A stretch of 35,398 bases of DNA from Coniocarpon cinnabarinum (lineage: Eukaryota), in assembly GCA_051942205.1 (NCBI GenBank), contig JAVECO010000085.1, positions 62,001 to 97,398 of the forward strand. Reading direction: 5' to 3'. Shown in pieces: positions 35,259 through 35,398 of this stretch. Every line of letters begins with the position of its first letter. The first letter of the stretch is position 1. The translations under genes and the position numbers were made by a program. Below the pieces are notes generated by a model that did no database searches, was not told where the DNA came from, and was given only the letters and a program-made list of their open reading frames with translations.

Positions 35259-35398
35259 CAAAAGCGTTTGTCGAATCTACGATCGCGATCATTTGCCTAC
35301 GTCCCTGCCGCGCACACTGGCTCTCGCACTGCTATAGGGGCACAGGCCGTCAGGCTCGCGATGTGACGCACGCCCGTTCGCGCCGGTCCCCTGGGGAT

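Overview
Intron-containing fungal (filamentous ascomycete, Pezizomycotina-type) genomic DNA. Left end: a CCCH zinc-finger gene and a 9-exon KUP/HAK potassium transporter. An AT-rich, apparently RIP-mutated repeat relic and a (GAA)24 tract follow (about 5.95-7.1 kb). Most of the window is a compact secondary-metabolite gene cluster (about 7.45-34.0 kb). It holds a 7-exon, about 3966-aa PKS-NRPS hybrid (KS-AT-DH-MT remnant-degenerate ER-KR-ACP-C-A-T-degenerate R), a divergently transcribed FSH1/LovG-type serine hydrolase, an MCT-like MFS transporter, an RTA1/RSB1-family membrane protein and a Zn2Cys6 transcription factor. A decayed SRPK-like kinase pseudogene lies inside the cluster. No trans-enoylreductase, P450 or other oxidative tailoring gene is visible in the window. 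The leading hypothesis (inference) is a minimal pathway to an unmethylated polyene/polyol acyl-amino-acid amphiphile, released in trans by the hydrolase, with RTA1-type self-protection. All gene models were spliced and translated by eye. No database searches were run, so novelty is unverified.
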